From the human T2T-CHM13v2.0 reference genome, Homo sapiens, in NCBI RefSeq assembly GCF_009914755.1, contig NC_060947.1: a DNA stretch of 64,000 nucleotides. The stretch is one strand, 5' to 3'. Both the position numbers and the translations under genes were made by a program. Every line of letters starts with the position of its first letter. The stretch's first letter is position 1. This document shows, one piece after another, positions 46,741 to 64,000 of this stretch. The notes below the pieces were generated by a model that was given only the letters and a program-made list of their open reading frames with translations, was not told the DNA's origin and ran no database searches.

Positions 46741-47064
46741 ATTTGCTTTGTGGCCTAGAGCATGGTCAATATTTACAATGTTCTCCAAGTTTTTGCAGAA
46801 AACGTATATCCTTCAATCACTGAATGCAGTGTTACATATACATTCATTAGATCAAACTTATTCATTGTGGTGTTCAAATCTTCTGTATTTTGCTAAATTT
46901 TTCAATCTATTTGATTCATCAGTTGATACAGATATATGTTAAAGTCTCATTTAATTTTGTCAATATGTGCTCTATATAGTTTGAGGCTATACTATTAGGC
47001 ACATATAAGTTAAGAATAATTTTCTTCTTGCAAATTAAATGTTTTTCTCACCTTGTAAAACTCT

Positions 47065-47494
47065 TGTTAAAATAAATTAAAATGGAGACCATGTCTGAAG
47101 ATTCCCTGAGTAGACAAAACCAGTTAGACCTCATAAGCGACCTAAACTTGATGAATTTGCAAACATAAGTGAAATTTAAGTTGAGTTATTTCCTATAAAT
47201 GCTGATATTAAAGAAAAACAGAACTTAAGCTCAACCAATCAGGAGCAACCAACAAACTTGTAATTCTACAACTGAGGACTTTCCAATGGAATAGATTAAA
47301 TAAGGCAAGCATATAACTAACCAATCAAATATTTTCTTTGCTTTACTTCTGTGTCTGTCCTATAAAAGCCTCCCTTTTGTATTTCCTCCATGAAGCTCCT
47401 GAACTGCTTCTGGTTTGGAGCTGCCCAAGTCATGAATTGTTTGTGCAAATAAACTCTTTAAAATTCTATTGAGTTTCAGTTTACTTTGTACACA
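47065..47494 (+). mobile_element. Complete ERV1 solo LTR (MER57-family-like)
   Basis: TG...CA ends; CCAAT at 47235 and 47321; TATAAAA at 47361; AATAAA at 47448; near-TSD ctct/ttct. Confidence 0.8.
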
Positions 47495-49109
47495 TTCTTC
47501 ATACATGCATAATTTATTTAATCTCTTTCACATTTTCCAACTCTTTCTGAGATGCATTCTTGAGAGCCTTTATGGATCTATCTTTTATTTATCTCTTTTC
47601 TTCTTAACTGAACAATTTGCTGTTTAACCCACTATCAAGTTTTTAATTTTAATTATTATGATTTTCATTTCTACAAATGCCTTTGATTCTATTTCAAATA
47701 TGCTTTTGTATTTTCTATTGTTTCTTATTCATTGTTTAAATTTTCAAACTTCTATTTTATGGTTTGAAGTATATGAACGTAGTTACTTTGTATTATGGGT
47801 TTGATGATTCCAACATTGGAATTCATTGCACATCATATTCTCTCTCTCAGTTATAGTGAATGGCTTCTTGTGGCTTTTGTATTTTTGTTTCTGTGAACTC
47901 ATGTTCCTTAGATTATTACCTCTGGAAATTATTCGAGAATTGGGTTGCAATTGTTTCCCTCAAAGAGGATTTGTTTTATTATTTCAGTCATTTGCGGGTT
48001 CAGAACAGTTATCTTAAATACACCTCTCGAGTTTTCTGGTTTCACGAATTTAGGCTGCAAACTTGCATGAGACTAGTCTGTGTTTAAAAATTCTCAGGGG
48101 AGGTTGTTTCCTCCCTTCGTACAAGGTGAATGTCAAGACAATAAGTTTTCTTGCTGTCTTATTGGTGTGTCAGGTTTATTTCTTATTACTGTTACATGGA
48201 AGGTCTTTCCCTCTTGGGTCCTAGCTTTATCCTCAGAGTTGTATTAGACTCCTGCCTTGAGCAAGGCTTAGACTCTTCTCTTGTCCCTGTGCCTTCTGTA
48301 GCAGCAAATAATGCTCTGCTCAAGGTTGCCAAGGTTTACAGATGCCCTGTGGACAAAGGCTTCCTTATTTATCTCTTACATTCTGATGTTTATGCTTTCA
48401 TTTTATTTTTTGTCGTTTTTTCATTGTTTATTTCTTGCCATATCAGTGGTGACATTTAAGAAAAAGTTCATATTTTATGCAACTTTTTGTTGTTTTTCTT
48501 AGAAGGGATGTTCAGGGTTTGAAATCAGCCACATGGCTCCAAATAGAGCCACTTTACAAACTCTTTTTCTTCATGTACATTATTTTCCTCTTTTATGTGT
48601 ACAGTATTGTTTAGGTATTGTATGACCTTTACCCTCTCCCAGAAGATTACTTTGAAGAGAGAAAACTGTGATAAGAATTAATCCTGATAATTTGATAATT
48701 GTTGGTAAAATTGGAAATAAACAATATTTTAGTATGTCACAGAAAAATATTCAACTATATTATCACCCAAGTCTACTAGAAACCACCCAAATGTAAACCA
48801 CAGTTATTAGTATAAAATGTGGACAACCATTTTCCAAGTTGGGAATCTGAAAGCTACAAGCAAAAACAGCACAATATAATCTCTATTTTAGGGTTATATT
48901 TCTTCTAACTTTCACCAGCAATGTTAGGTAATTGGACAGGTACTATGAAAGAGAGATGGATAAAATGCAATCCCTGAACTTCTTTCTAATTTCTGTCAAG
49001 TCATTGACTTCCATTCTGACAACCAGGGGATATATGCCTAAAAGAGCATAGAATTATATCAGTAAAAATAATAATCTTTTATAAAATAATGATAAGCTCC
49101 TCGATAAGA

Positions 49110-50050
49110 AAAATCTATTAATATTGTTAAAATTTCATATTATCTATAATGATACAGAGATCCAATGCAATTTCTATCAAAATTACAAAGGCATTTTTCA
49201 CAGAAATAGAAAAAATTATTCTAAAATTTGTATGGAGCCACAAAAGACCCTGAGTGGCCAAAACAAGCTTGATAAAGAAAAGCAAAGCTGAAGGCATCAC
49301 ACTTCCTGATTTCAAATTATATTACAAAGCAGTAATAGTCAGAAATGTATGGCATTGGAACCAAAATAGAAATATAGACCAATGGAAAAGAGTAGAGAGC
49401 TTAGAAATAAACCCAAGCATATATGGTCAACCAGTTTTTGGCAAGGCCACAAACAAGACACAGTGAAGAAATTACAACTCCTTCAATAAATGCTTTTGGG
49501 AAAATGGGACATCCACATGCAAAAAAATGAAACTGGATCCTTGTGTTTGTATGCATTTATGCATTTATGTATTTATTTAAAATTTTAATTGAAAAATAAA
49601 AATTGTATATATTTTTTGTGTACAGCATGATATTTTGAAATATGTTTGTATTGTGGAATGGCTCAATTGAGCTAATAAACATATGTATTACCTCATTTAT
49701 CTTTTATCGTGGTGAAAACACTTAATATCTATTATCTTAGCAATTTTTCAGAATACAATACATTGAAACCATAAAACTCCTACAAGAAAACAGAGGAAAA
49801 ACTCCTTGATATTGGCCTTGGCAAATATTTTTGGATGTAGCACCAAAATCACAGGCAAAAATAAACAAGTGGGACTATATCAAACCACACACACACAAAT
49901 GCTAACTATGTGGGTTTGAATAGGATAATTAGCTTGACTGTAGTAATCAGTTCACTATGAATATCTGCATCAAAATATCACATTGTACACCTTAAATATA
50001 TATAATTTTTATTAAAAATTAAAATTAAAAGGTTGAAATTAAAAGAAAAA
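49110..50050 (+). mobile_element. L1MA-type ORF2 and 3' fragments, with an antisense L1MA 3' piece inside (about 49560-49765)
   Basis: ORF 49254-49466 ([27 protein letters not shown]...IDQWKRVE) is L1 ORF2-like; 3' end cattgtacaccttaaatatatataatttt. Confidence 0.85.
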
Positions 50051-50406
50051 TAAAAATTATCTCTATATTCAAGGAGATCATTGGGTGGTAGTTTAGCCTG
50101 ACTGACAAAAACATAAATTATATGGGTACAGTGAATAGATTTATAAAAAGCATCATGGAATCACATAACAAAGACCCTTGATCCAGTATGATAAGACAAA
50201 GGGGTTGAGCCATAATGGACTTTTTCAGAAACATTGGAGGTTGGGTAGGTGAGAAACAGTTGGTGCTGAATAGTTATCCCATCTATATTTTACAACCTGC
50301 ATTGCAGTTAGATTTGACCATATGGCTAGTTCTGGCCAATAGACAATGAGTGAGAGATAGCCTAAGTCACTTCTTAACTAAGGCAGTTAAGAATGAGGAA
50401 TGCCTC

Positions 50407-50757
50407 TGTATTAGTCTGTTTTCATTACTGCTATAAAGATATCACCTGATACTGGGTAATTTATAAATAAAAGAGGTTTAGTTGACTCACAGGGGAGGCC
50501 TCAGGAAACTTACAGTCATGGTGGAAGGCAAAGGAGAAGCAAGCAGCTTCTTCACAAGGAGTCAGGAGAGAGAGAGTGTAGGGGAAACTGCCACTTTTAA
50601 ACCACCAGATCTTATGAGAACTCCTTCACTATCTTGAGAACAGCATGGAGGAAACTGCCTCCAGATCCCGTCACCTCCCACCAGATCCCTCCCTTGACAC
50701 ACGGGGATTACAACTCGAGATGAGATTTGGGTGGAGCCACAGAGCCAAACCTCATCA
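50407..50757 (-). mobile_element. THE1D/MSTA-like MaLR solo LTR inserted into an older MLT1-like LTR (about 50240-50945)
   Basis: tgtattagtc...ccaaacctcatca; perfect 5-bp TSD GCCTC at 50402-50406 and 50758-50762. Confidence 0.92.
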
Positions 50758-50949
50758 GCCTCTTCCATCCCATTCTGCTCTCAGACATGCCCTAGGAAAC
50801 TGTGCATGTGATGGTGTTCAATATGGAGAAGGATTGACTAGTCTTGATTTGACTTTACAAAAGTGAGAAACAAACATTGTGTTTAGTGATGAGATTTTTG
50901 AACCCTGGCTTTAGTGGTAGGTAGTGTAAATTACCTAGATTAATGCAGT

Positions 50950-51340
50950 ACGTTTTAGGTTTGGGATCCCCCGGGAATAGATGCCAACACCAGGATTCAA
51001 GAACAAGTAGTTTATTTGGGAAGTGACAGCAGGACATGCCAGATAGGAAGTAAGATGATGAACAGTTAGCAGACAATAGAAAATTTGTTTTCAAGCATTT
51101 ATTATTGGTAATTTGAGCTTGATCCTGCTAGGGAGTTCTGGGGAACAGTGTAGAATATGCACTTTTGAGTTATTCTTAAGTGATTGCGAGGGTTGAGGGA
51201 GCTGGTGTTTTATACACCAGTTCTTGTTAGTCAGAGTTTCTCCTGGGAAGTGTTAATTCCCCAGCACTTTTGCTTACCATGTAGATGAAAAAATGGGCCT
51301 TAGTGGCTAGAGAAAACATTCAAAGAAATGCAGCTGGGCA
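50950..51340 (-). mobile_element. ERVL LTR (LTR41-like)
   Basis: ggattcaa.aacaagtagtttatttggga; gagggagctgg...tttatacacca. Confidence 0.65.
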
Positions 51341-51349
51341 CAGCATGTT

Positions 51350-51950
51350 TTCACTTGTATGAAGGCATGATACATGACATATTCTGGGAACCATAAATAC
51401 TTGACTGCTGTTGGAATGTAATGTGAGTGGCTGAATGGCATGAAATAGGGCTGAAGAGACAATATGCCAACTAGTCATGGAAGCACTTGTTTGCCATGTC
51501 AGGACATTTTGTCTTTTGTCTTGTCAGTGGCAGAAAGCTGTGAATTGATTATAAGTGTGGGAGTGATGTGGTCAGATTTGCACTCCAGATTGGTCACTCT
51601 AGAGGGTATTTGGAGATGGAATCGAAGTGGACCAATTCAGAGACTGTTATAGAGCTTCAGTGATGAGCTCATGAAACTTGAAACTACAATAATGATAATA
51701 CAGACAATATGATAGTAGCTAATATTATTTAGCAGTGTGTATGTGCCAAACCCATTTTTAGCTTCTTACATAATAAGTCAGTTACCACAACAGTGGTATC
51801 AATAGCAATTACTTGTATATCCATTTTTGGGAAACTGTGGCACAAAAATTTTAAGTACATTGCTGAAAATCAGTTCAGCAAACTGAACTGAATGAGATGG
51901 GTGAGCTTGGACACATTTCAGGATATGTTGTTCCAGAGTCTACACTCTTA
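51350..51950 (-). mobile_element. L2 fragment followed by MIR
   Basis: ggtcagatttgcact...gatt.gtcactct (L2); ggaaactgtggcaca (MIR). Confidence 0.55.
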
Positions 51951-52732
51951 ATGTAACAACACCAACTGATCAAAAAAATGAATTTCATAATGTTATTTGA
52001 TAAAATCACCAGATCATGGTGATTTCTAAGAGAAAGTGTGAAGGATGATTAAATTTCTACCACGGGTAAAAGATAAGATGCACATATATAAACAATATTT
52101 TTAAAAGAAGAGAAAATCTTTCATGCATAAAGTGCTGCTAAAATGCATGTATTTTAGCAACAACAAAAAAAGCTTCTGAAGTTTATTTTATCCCTACAGT
52201 TATAATAAAAGAAATGAACCCTGAACTGCATTAATTTCTTCCAAGAAACTGGTACATTAATTTGTGGCCCAAGAGCTAAAATATTAAATAGCTCATTTGC
52301 AGGGAGTATAGCATTTTGTTTACTAGCAATTTGGCAGTTAGATAGGGTTTTTGACCTAGGAATAAACATCCCTCTATGCAGGAGGGGCTGATTTTTGTCA
52401 GGATGTAAAAAGCAGACCTAATCACGAATAAGACTAGTAGCCTATAGTGGTCATTTTACCTATAGTGGTCATTTCACATAGACTTAAATTTAAAAAAAAA
52501 TTTTTCTTAAGGACAAAGATGTGTCACGCTTCAAAAATTTCTTCTCTAAAGATAGCTAAAATTGTATGGAAAATGAACTTTCATGTTACTATTGGTGGTT
52601 CAGACAGCAAAATAACCAGTGTAAGTGGTGGTGTAGATCTACTCTATACACCAAAGGAAATAATCATTCACTTTCTCATTTGAAAGTACATTTCCTGAGA
52701 TCAATGATGTAAAAATATATCTTAAAGGCTAG

Positions 52733-53041
<309 letters not shown>

Positions 53042-53127
53042 CTTATTAAATGCTGTTAGCAACTATATTCTCTTGTAAGACGATTATGGAATTGACAATA
53101 CTCTTATTGAACTGCTCTACATACAAT

Positions 53128-53470
53128 GTTTTTTTTTAAATATGGTAAAAAAAACACAAAACATAAAATTTATCATCTTAACCATTTTAAGTTTACAGTT
53201 CAGTAGTCTTAAGTATATTCACATTGTTGTAAGACAGACCTCCGGACCTTTTTCAGCTTGCAGATCTGAAGCGCTATGCCCATTGAATAATAATTCCCCA
53301 TTTTCCCCTCTGCCCAGCCCCTGGTAACCAGCATTCTACTTTCTGTTTCTATGAATTTATTTTAGATAGCTCATATGAGTAGAATCATACAGTATTTGTC
53401 TTTTTGTCACTGACATTTCATTTGGCATAATTTCCTCAAGGATCATCCATGTTGTAGCATGTGACAATAT
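53128..53470 (-). mobile_element. L1MB-type 3' end
   Basis: acataaaatttatcatcttaaccattttaag; cagcccctggtaacca.cattctactttctg. Confidence 0.85.
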
Positions 53471-53602
53471 TGTCTCTCCTTTTACAAAAAAGTTATAGCA
53501 AACTGTTTAATAGCTAAAAAATTTAATTAATCAACAGCAACCAATTCCTTAAGCATTCTGGTTGTTATTATCCCATGCTGTTTAAATGCTTTTCCAATTG
53601 AA

Positions 53603-53944
53603 TTGAATTGTAGTTCCCATAATCCCCACTTGTCATGGGAGGAACCTGGTGGGAGGTAATCGAATCATGGGGGCAGTTACCCCCATGCTGCTGTTCTCAT
53701 GATAGTAAATGAGTTCTCATGAGATCTGATGGTTTTAAAAGGGGCTTTTCCCCCTTTTGCTCAGCACTTATCCGTGCTGCCACCATGTGAAGAAGGGTAT
53801 GTTTGCTTCCTTTTCCACCACGATGGTAAATTTCATGAGGCCTCCCCAGCCATGTTGAACTGTGAATCAGTTAAACCTCTTTTCTTTATAAATTACCCAG
53901 TCTTGGATATGTCCTTATTAGCAGTGTGAGAAGGTACTAATACA
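53603..53944 (+). mobile_element. THE1 (THE1D-like) LTR lacking its first ~37 bp
   Basis: ttgaattgtagttcccataatcccc ... ctaataca; aligns with the intact copy at 58507. Confidence 0.9.
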
Positions 53945-57436
<3,492 letters not shown>

Positions 57437-58506
57437 TTTTCTTAAAAAAATTTATGGGTACATAGTAGGTGCATAAGTTTATGGGGTACATGAGATGTTT
57501 CAAGACAAGTGTACAATGTGAAATAAACAAATCATGGAGAATGGGATATTAATCTTCTCAAGCATTTATCCTTTGAGTTACAAACAGTTGAATTACACTG
57601 CTTATTTCAAAATGCACAATTAAGTGATCATGGACTGTAGTCACTCAATTGTGCCATGAAATGGCAGGTTAAATTCATTCTTTCTATTTTTGCTGTACTC
57701 ATTAACCATCCCCATCTCCCCCCATCCCCAGCTACCCACTAACCTTCTTAGCATCTGGTAACCATCTGGCTACTCTCTGTGCTTATGAATTCAATTGTTG
57801 TGATATTTAGATCCCACAAATAAGTGAGAACATGTGATGTTAGTCTTTCTGTGCCTGGATTATTTCATTTAACGTAATGATCTCCAGTTCCATCCATGTT
57901 GTTGTAAATGACTGGATTTCATTATTTTTGATGGCTTAATAGTACTCCATTGTGTAGATGTACCACATTTTCTTTATCCATTCATCTGTTGACGGACACT
58001 TAGATTGCTTCCAAATCTTAGCTATTGTAAATTGTGCTGCAACAAATACAGGAGCAAAGGTATCTCTTTGAAATACTGATTTCCTTTCTTTGGGGTATAT
58101 ACCCAGTAGGGAATTGCTGAATCACATGGTAGCTCAATTTTTAGATTTCTTAGGGACCTCTAAACTGATCTTCTTAGTGGTTCTACAATTTACACTCCCA
58201 TCAACAGTCTGTGAGGGTCCCTTTTTCTCCACATTCTCGCTAGCATTAGTTATTGTCTGTCTTTTGGATAAAAGCCATTTTAACTTGGATGAGATGGTAT
58301 CTCATTGTAGTTTTGATTTGCATTTCTCTGATGATCAGTGATGTTGAGTACTTTTTTATATGCCTGTTAGCCATTTGTGTCTTCTTTTAAGAGATATCTA
58401 TTCAAATCTTTTGACTATATTTTGATCAGATTATTAGATCTTTTTCCTATAAAGTCATTTGAGCTCCTTATATATTCTGGTTATTAATCTCTTGTCAGAA
58501 GGGTAG

Positions 58507-58888
58507 TGATACGGTTTGGCTGTGTCCCCACTCAAATCTCATCTTGAATTGTAGTGCCCATAATCCCCACATGCTGTGGGAGGGACCCGGTGGGAGGTAA
58601 TTTAATCATGAAGACAGTTTCCCTCATGTTATTCTTGTGAGACTGAGTAAGTTCTCACAAGATCTGATGGTTTTATAAGGGGCTTCCCCCTTCGCTCGGT
58701 TCTCACTTCTTCTCCTGCTGCCATGTCAAGAAGGATGTTTATGCTTTCCCTTCCACCATAATTGCAAATTTCCTGAGACCTCCCCAGCCAGGCTGAACTG
58801 TGAGTCAATTAAACCTCTTTTTTAAAAAAATATAAATTACCCAGTCTTGGGTATGTCTTTATTAGCTGCTTGAGAACAAACTAACACA
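58507..58888 (+). mobile_element. Complete THE1 (THE1D-like) solo LTR
   Basis: tgatacggtttggctgtgtcccc...ctaacaca; perfect TSD GGTAG at 58502-58506 and 58889-58893. Confidence 0.95.
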
Positions 58889-59609
58889 GGTAGTTTGCAA
58901 ATCCATTCTGTGGGTTGTCTCTTCACTTTGTTGATTGTATTATCATTTGTCATGCAGAAGCTTTTTAAGTTGATGTGATACCATTTGTTCATGTTTGCTT
59001 TGGTTGCCTGTGCTTGTGGAGTATTACTCAGGAAATTTTGGCCCAGACCAATGTCCTGGAGATTTTCCCCAAAGTTTTCTTGCAGTAGTTATATAGCTTC
59101 AGTTCTTAGATTTAAGTCTTTAATCCATTTTAATTTGTTTTTTGTATATGTTGAGAGATAGGGGTCTAGTTTCATTCTTCTGCATATGGATATCTAGTTT
59201 TTCCAGTACCATATATTGAAGAGATTGCCATTTTCTCAGTGTATGTTCTTGGAACCTTTGTCAAAAATGAGTTCACTGTAGGTGTGTGGATTTGTTTCTG
59301 GGTTCTCTATTCTGTTCCAAAGTTCTATGTGTCTTTTTTTAGGCCAGTACCATGCTATTTTGGTTACTATGGCTATGTAGTATAATTCAAAGTCAGCTAA
59401 TGTAATTCCTGCAGTTTTGTTCATTTTGCTTAGCCTAGCTTTGCTGTTCTGGGTCTTTTGTGGTTCCATATACATTTTAGGATTGATTTTTCTATTTCTG
59501 TGAAGAATGTCATTGGTTATTTTGATAGGGATTGCACTGAATCTGTAGATTGCCGTTAGAAGTATGGACATTTTAACAATATTAATTCTTCCAATCTGTG
59601 AACATGGAA

Positions 59610-59904
59610 TTTTTTTTTTTTTTAAGACAGGGTCTCACTCTGTCACCCAGACTGGAGTGCAGTGGTGCAGTCTCGGCTCACTGCAACCTCTCCTTCCCAG
59701 CGTCCAGTGATCCTCCCACCTCACCCTCCTGAGTAGCTGGGACTACAGGTGTGAGCCACCATGCCTGGATGATTTTTGCATATTTGTAGAGACGGGGTTT
59801 TACCATGTTGCCCATGCTGATCTTGACCTCCTGAGCTCAAGCGATCTGCTCACCTCAGCATCCTAAAGTGCTGGGATTACAGGTGTGAACCACCATGCCT
59901 AGCC
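59610..59904 (-). mobile_element. AluJ
   Basis: Complete antisense Alu with agacagggtctcac and gctcaagcgatc. Confidence 0.93.
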
Positions 59905-61741
59905 TATTTTTGCATTTTTTTGTGTGTCCTCTTCAGTTTGTTTCATCAGTGTTTTATAGTTTTCTTTATAGAGATCTTTTACTTCTTTTGTTAATTCCTA
60001 GGTATTTAATTTTATGTGTGGCTGTTGTAAATGAGATTGCTTTAAAAAAATTTTTTCACATTGTTCACTGTTAGCAGAAAAAGTGCTACTGGTTTTTGTA
60101 TGTTGATTTTGTATCCAGCAACTTTACTGAATTTTTAAATAAGTACTCACACTTTTCTTGTGGAATCTTTAGGCTTTTTCAAATATAAGATCATATCATT
60201 TCAAACAAGGATAATTTGACTTTTTCCTTTTCAATTTGGATGCCTTTTATATCTCTTTATTGTTTGATTGCTCTCTCTAGGACTTCCAGTATTAGGTTGA
60301 ATAATGTCAATGATGACATTGGGCAACCTGGTTGTGTTCCAGATCTTAGAGGAAAGGCTTGCAGTTTTTCCCCATTCAGTATGGCACTAGCTATGCGTCT
60401 GTAATATATGGCTTTTATTATGTTGAGGTATTTTTTTCTATCCTCAATTTTTTGAGGATTTTTCTTTTATCATGAAGGGATGTTGAATTTTACCAAGTGC
60501 ATTTTCAGCATCAATTGAAATGATTATGTGATTTTTATCATTCCTTCTGTTGATATGATTTGTCACACTGATTGGTGTTTGTTGAACCATTCTTGCATCC
60601 CAGAGATAAATCCCACTTGGTCATGATGAATGACGCTTTCAATGTATTGTTAAATTTGGTTTGATAGTGTTTTGTTGAGGATTTTTGCTTCAATATTAAT
60701 CAGAGAAACTGGCCTGTAGTTTTCTTTATTTGGTGCCTTTTTCTGGTTTTAGTATCAGGGTAATACTGTCCTCATAGAATGAGTTTGAAAATTTTCCTCC
60801 TTCTCTATTTTTCAGAAAATTTTAAGTAGGATTGATATTAGTTGTTCTTTAAGTGTTTGCGAGAATTCAGCAGTGAAGACATCAAGTCCTGGGCTTCCCT
60901 TTACTGGGAGACTTTTTATTATGGTGTTGATTCTCTTACTTGTTATTGGTCTGTTTGGGTTTTGGATTTCTTCCTTGTTCAATCTTGGTAGGTGGTATGT
61001 ATCTAGGAATTTGTCCATTTCTTCTAGATCTTTCAATTTGTTAGTATTTAGTTGCTAATAGTAGCCACTAATGATCCTTTAAATTTCTGCAGAATCAGTT
61101 GTAATGTCTTTTCATTTCTGATTTTTTGATTTGATTTGGATCTGCTCTCTTTTTTTCTTAGTCTGGTTAATGGTTTGTCAATTTTGTTTAACTTTTCAAA
61201 AAACAACTTTTTGTTTCATTGATCTTTTGTATTTCTTTTCATTTAGTTTCATTTATTTCTGCCCTGATCCTTATTACTTCTACTAATTTTGGGTTTGGTT
61301 TGTTCTTGCCTTTCTAGTACTTTAAGAAACATTGATAGATTGTTCATTTGAAGTTTTTCCTCTTTCTTGATGTAGGCACTTAGTGTTATAATCTTCCCTC
61401 TGAGTCCTGGTTTCCTTGTATCGCATTGGTTTTGTATGTTGTGTTTTTAATCCCATTTGTTTGAAGAAATTTTTCAATTACCATCTTAATTTCTTCATTG
61501 ACCCACTGGTCATTCAGGAGCACATTGTTTAATTTCCATGTATTTGTATAGTTTCCAAAATTTGTTTTGTAATTAATTTCCAGTTTTATTTCATTGTGGT
61601 AAGAGAAGATGCCTGATATTTCAATTGCTTTGAATGTTTTAAGACTTGTTTTGGACCTAACATATGGTCTATCCTTGAGAATGATCCACGGGCTGAGAAA
61701 AAGTATGTGTATTCTGTAGTCGTTGGATGAAATGTTCTGTA

Positions 61742-61877
61742 GGTTGGGCATGGTGGCTCATGCCTGTAATCACAGCACTATGGAAGGCCAAGGTAGAAGG
61801 ATTGCTTAAGTACAGGAGTTTGAGGCCAATACAGGTAACATAGTGAGACCCTGTCTCTCCAAAAAGTATAACACAAA
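61742..61877 (+). mobile_element. FLAM-like Alu monomer
   Basis: Left arm only plus an A-rich tail; perfect 15-bp TSD ATGAAATGTTCTGTA at 61727-61741 and 61878-61892. Confidence 0.92.
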
Positions 61878-62357
61878 ATGAAATGTTCTGTAAATATATA
61901 TTAGATCCATTTAGTCTATAGTTCAGTTAAGTCTGATGTTTCTTTGTTGATTTCTGTCTGGAAGATCTGTCCAATGCTGAAAGCAGGCAGTTAAAGTCTC
62001 CAGAAATTAGTGTATTGAGGCCTATCTCTCTCTTTAGCTCTTAATATTTCTTTATATATCTGGGTGCTCCAGTGTTGTGTGCATATATATTTAAAATTGT
62101 TATATCCTCTTGCTGAATTGACATCTTTATCATTATAGAGTGAATAGAGTGACATTCCTTGCCTCATCTTATAGTTTTGTCTTGGAATCTATTTGTGTAA
62201 GCATAGCTACTCCTATCTATTTTTGGTTTTCATTGGCATGGAATATCTTTTTCCATTCATTTCTATTCAGTCTAGGTGTGTCTTAATAAGTGAATTGTGT
62301 TTCCTGTAGGCAAGAGATCAATAGGTCCTGTTTTTCATCCATTCAGCCAGTATATGT

Positions 62358-62722
<365 letters not shown>

Positions 62723-63817
62723 TAAGGACTTACTCCTGCCATTTTGTTTATCATTTTCTGGTTGTTTTGTGGTCTTCTCTTCCTTCTTTTTTTTACTTCC
62801 TGTCTTCCTCTAGCAAAGGTGATTTTCTCTGGTGATATAATTTGGTTTCTTGCTGTTTATTTTTTGTGTATTCATTGTATATTTTTTGGTTTGAGGTTAC
62901 CATGAAGCTTGCAAATACTATCTTATAAACCACTATTTTAACCTGATGCCAACTTAGCTCTATTTGCATAAACAAACAAACAAGCAAAAGGAAAACTAAT
63001 AAAAATTCCATGCCTTAACTTTGTCTTCCTCTTTTTAACTTTCTATTTTTTCTATTTATATCTTATCGTATTGACTATGTCTTAAAAAGTTGTAGTGATT
63101 ATGTTTGATTGGTTCATCATGTAGTCTGTCTACGTAGGACAGTTACAGTGTTATAATATTCTGTGTTTTTCTGTGTACTTACTATTACTAGTGAGTTTGT
63201 ACCTTCAAGTGATTATTTGTTGCTCATTACTTTCCTTTTCTTTCTGATTAGAATTCCCTTTACCATTTCTTGTAGGACAGTTATGGTATTGATGAAATGC
63301 CTCAGCTTTTGTTTGTCTGGGAAAGTGTTTATTTCTCCTTCATGTTTGAAGGATATTTTCACTGGATATACTATTCTATGGTAAGATGTTTTTTCTTCAG
63401 CGCTTTAAATATGTCATTCGACTCTCTCCTGGTCTGCAAGGTTTCCACTGAAAAGTCTGCTACCAGACGTGTTGGAGCTCCATTGTGTGTTATTTGTTTC
63501 TTTTCTTCTTCTGCTTTTAATCTATATTCTTGATGTTTGGGAGTTGGATTATTAAATGCCTTGAGGTAGTCATCTTTGGGTTAAATGTGCTTGGTATTCT
63601 ATGACCTTCATGTACTTGGAAATTCATATCTTCCTCTAAGTTTGGGAAGTTCTCTGTTATTATCATTTTGAATAAAATTTCTCTCCTATCTCTTTCTCTA
63701 CCTCCTCTTTTAGGCCAGTAACTCTTAGATATGTTCTTACAAGGCGATTTTCTAGACCTGTAGGCATGCTTCATTTTTTAAAAAATTATTTTTTCTATAG
63801 TCTCCTCTGACCATGTG

Positions 63818-64000
63818 TTTTATTTATTTATTTTATTTTAGTTCTGGGGTACATGCACAAGATGTGCAAGTTTGTTACATAGGTAAATGTGTGCCATGGT
63901 GATTTGCGACTCCTGTCAACCCATCACCTATATATGAAGTCCAACATAAATTAGCTATTTTTCCTCATGCTCTTCCGCCACTTGTCCCCCACAACAGACC
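63818..64000 (-). mobile_element. L1PA 3' end (continues beyond the window)
   Basis: T-rich tail followed by ggggtacatg...gtttgttacataggtaaatgtgtgccatggtg. Confidence 0.88.

Larger units (their letters stand above)
43375..48520 (-). mobile_element. Cluster of old L1M fragments interleaved with other repeats
   Basis: T-rich L1 antisense motifs (aacaatgctgcta, ggatgttgaatt.tatcaaatg, gtttgaggctat). Internal boundaries uncertain. Confidence 0.6.

Noticed and set aside
51870-51891. Perfect 9-bp hairpin TCAGTTCAG-caaa-CTGAACTGA
   Set aside because: Too short for a pre-miRNA, lies in a decayed MIR, and is plausible by chance in 64 kb.

Overview
Primate, almost certainly human, genomic DNA. The window holds the complete coding sequence of TMEM47 (BCMP1; PMP22/EMP/claudin superfamily, known to be X-linked) on the minus strand. 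The three coding exons are 27447-27672, 9882-10022 and 946-1124, joined by GT-AG phase-1 introns into 546 nt (181 aa + TAG). The promoter is a CpG island at about 27.2-28.6 kb, and the 3' UTR runs off the left edge. Upstream of the gene (30-64 kb) is intergenic sequence that becomes progressively richer in transposons: Alu, L1, L2, MIR, MaLR/ERV LTRs and MER/Tigger elements, several of them nested with intact target-site duplications (TSDs). Repeat subfamily names are recalled by eye and need RepeatMasker/Dfam confirmation. I cannot support a new biological system from this sequence. The best leads are possible TMEM47 isoforms (an in-frame UUG in an ideal Kozak context, a +11 alternative acceptor in the last exon, and a frame-preserving exon 2 flanked by inverted repeats), two possible ancient retroelement relics, and some transposon archaeology.
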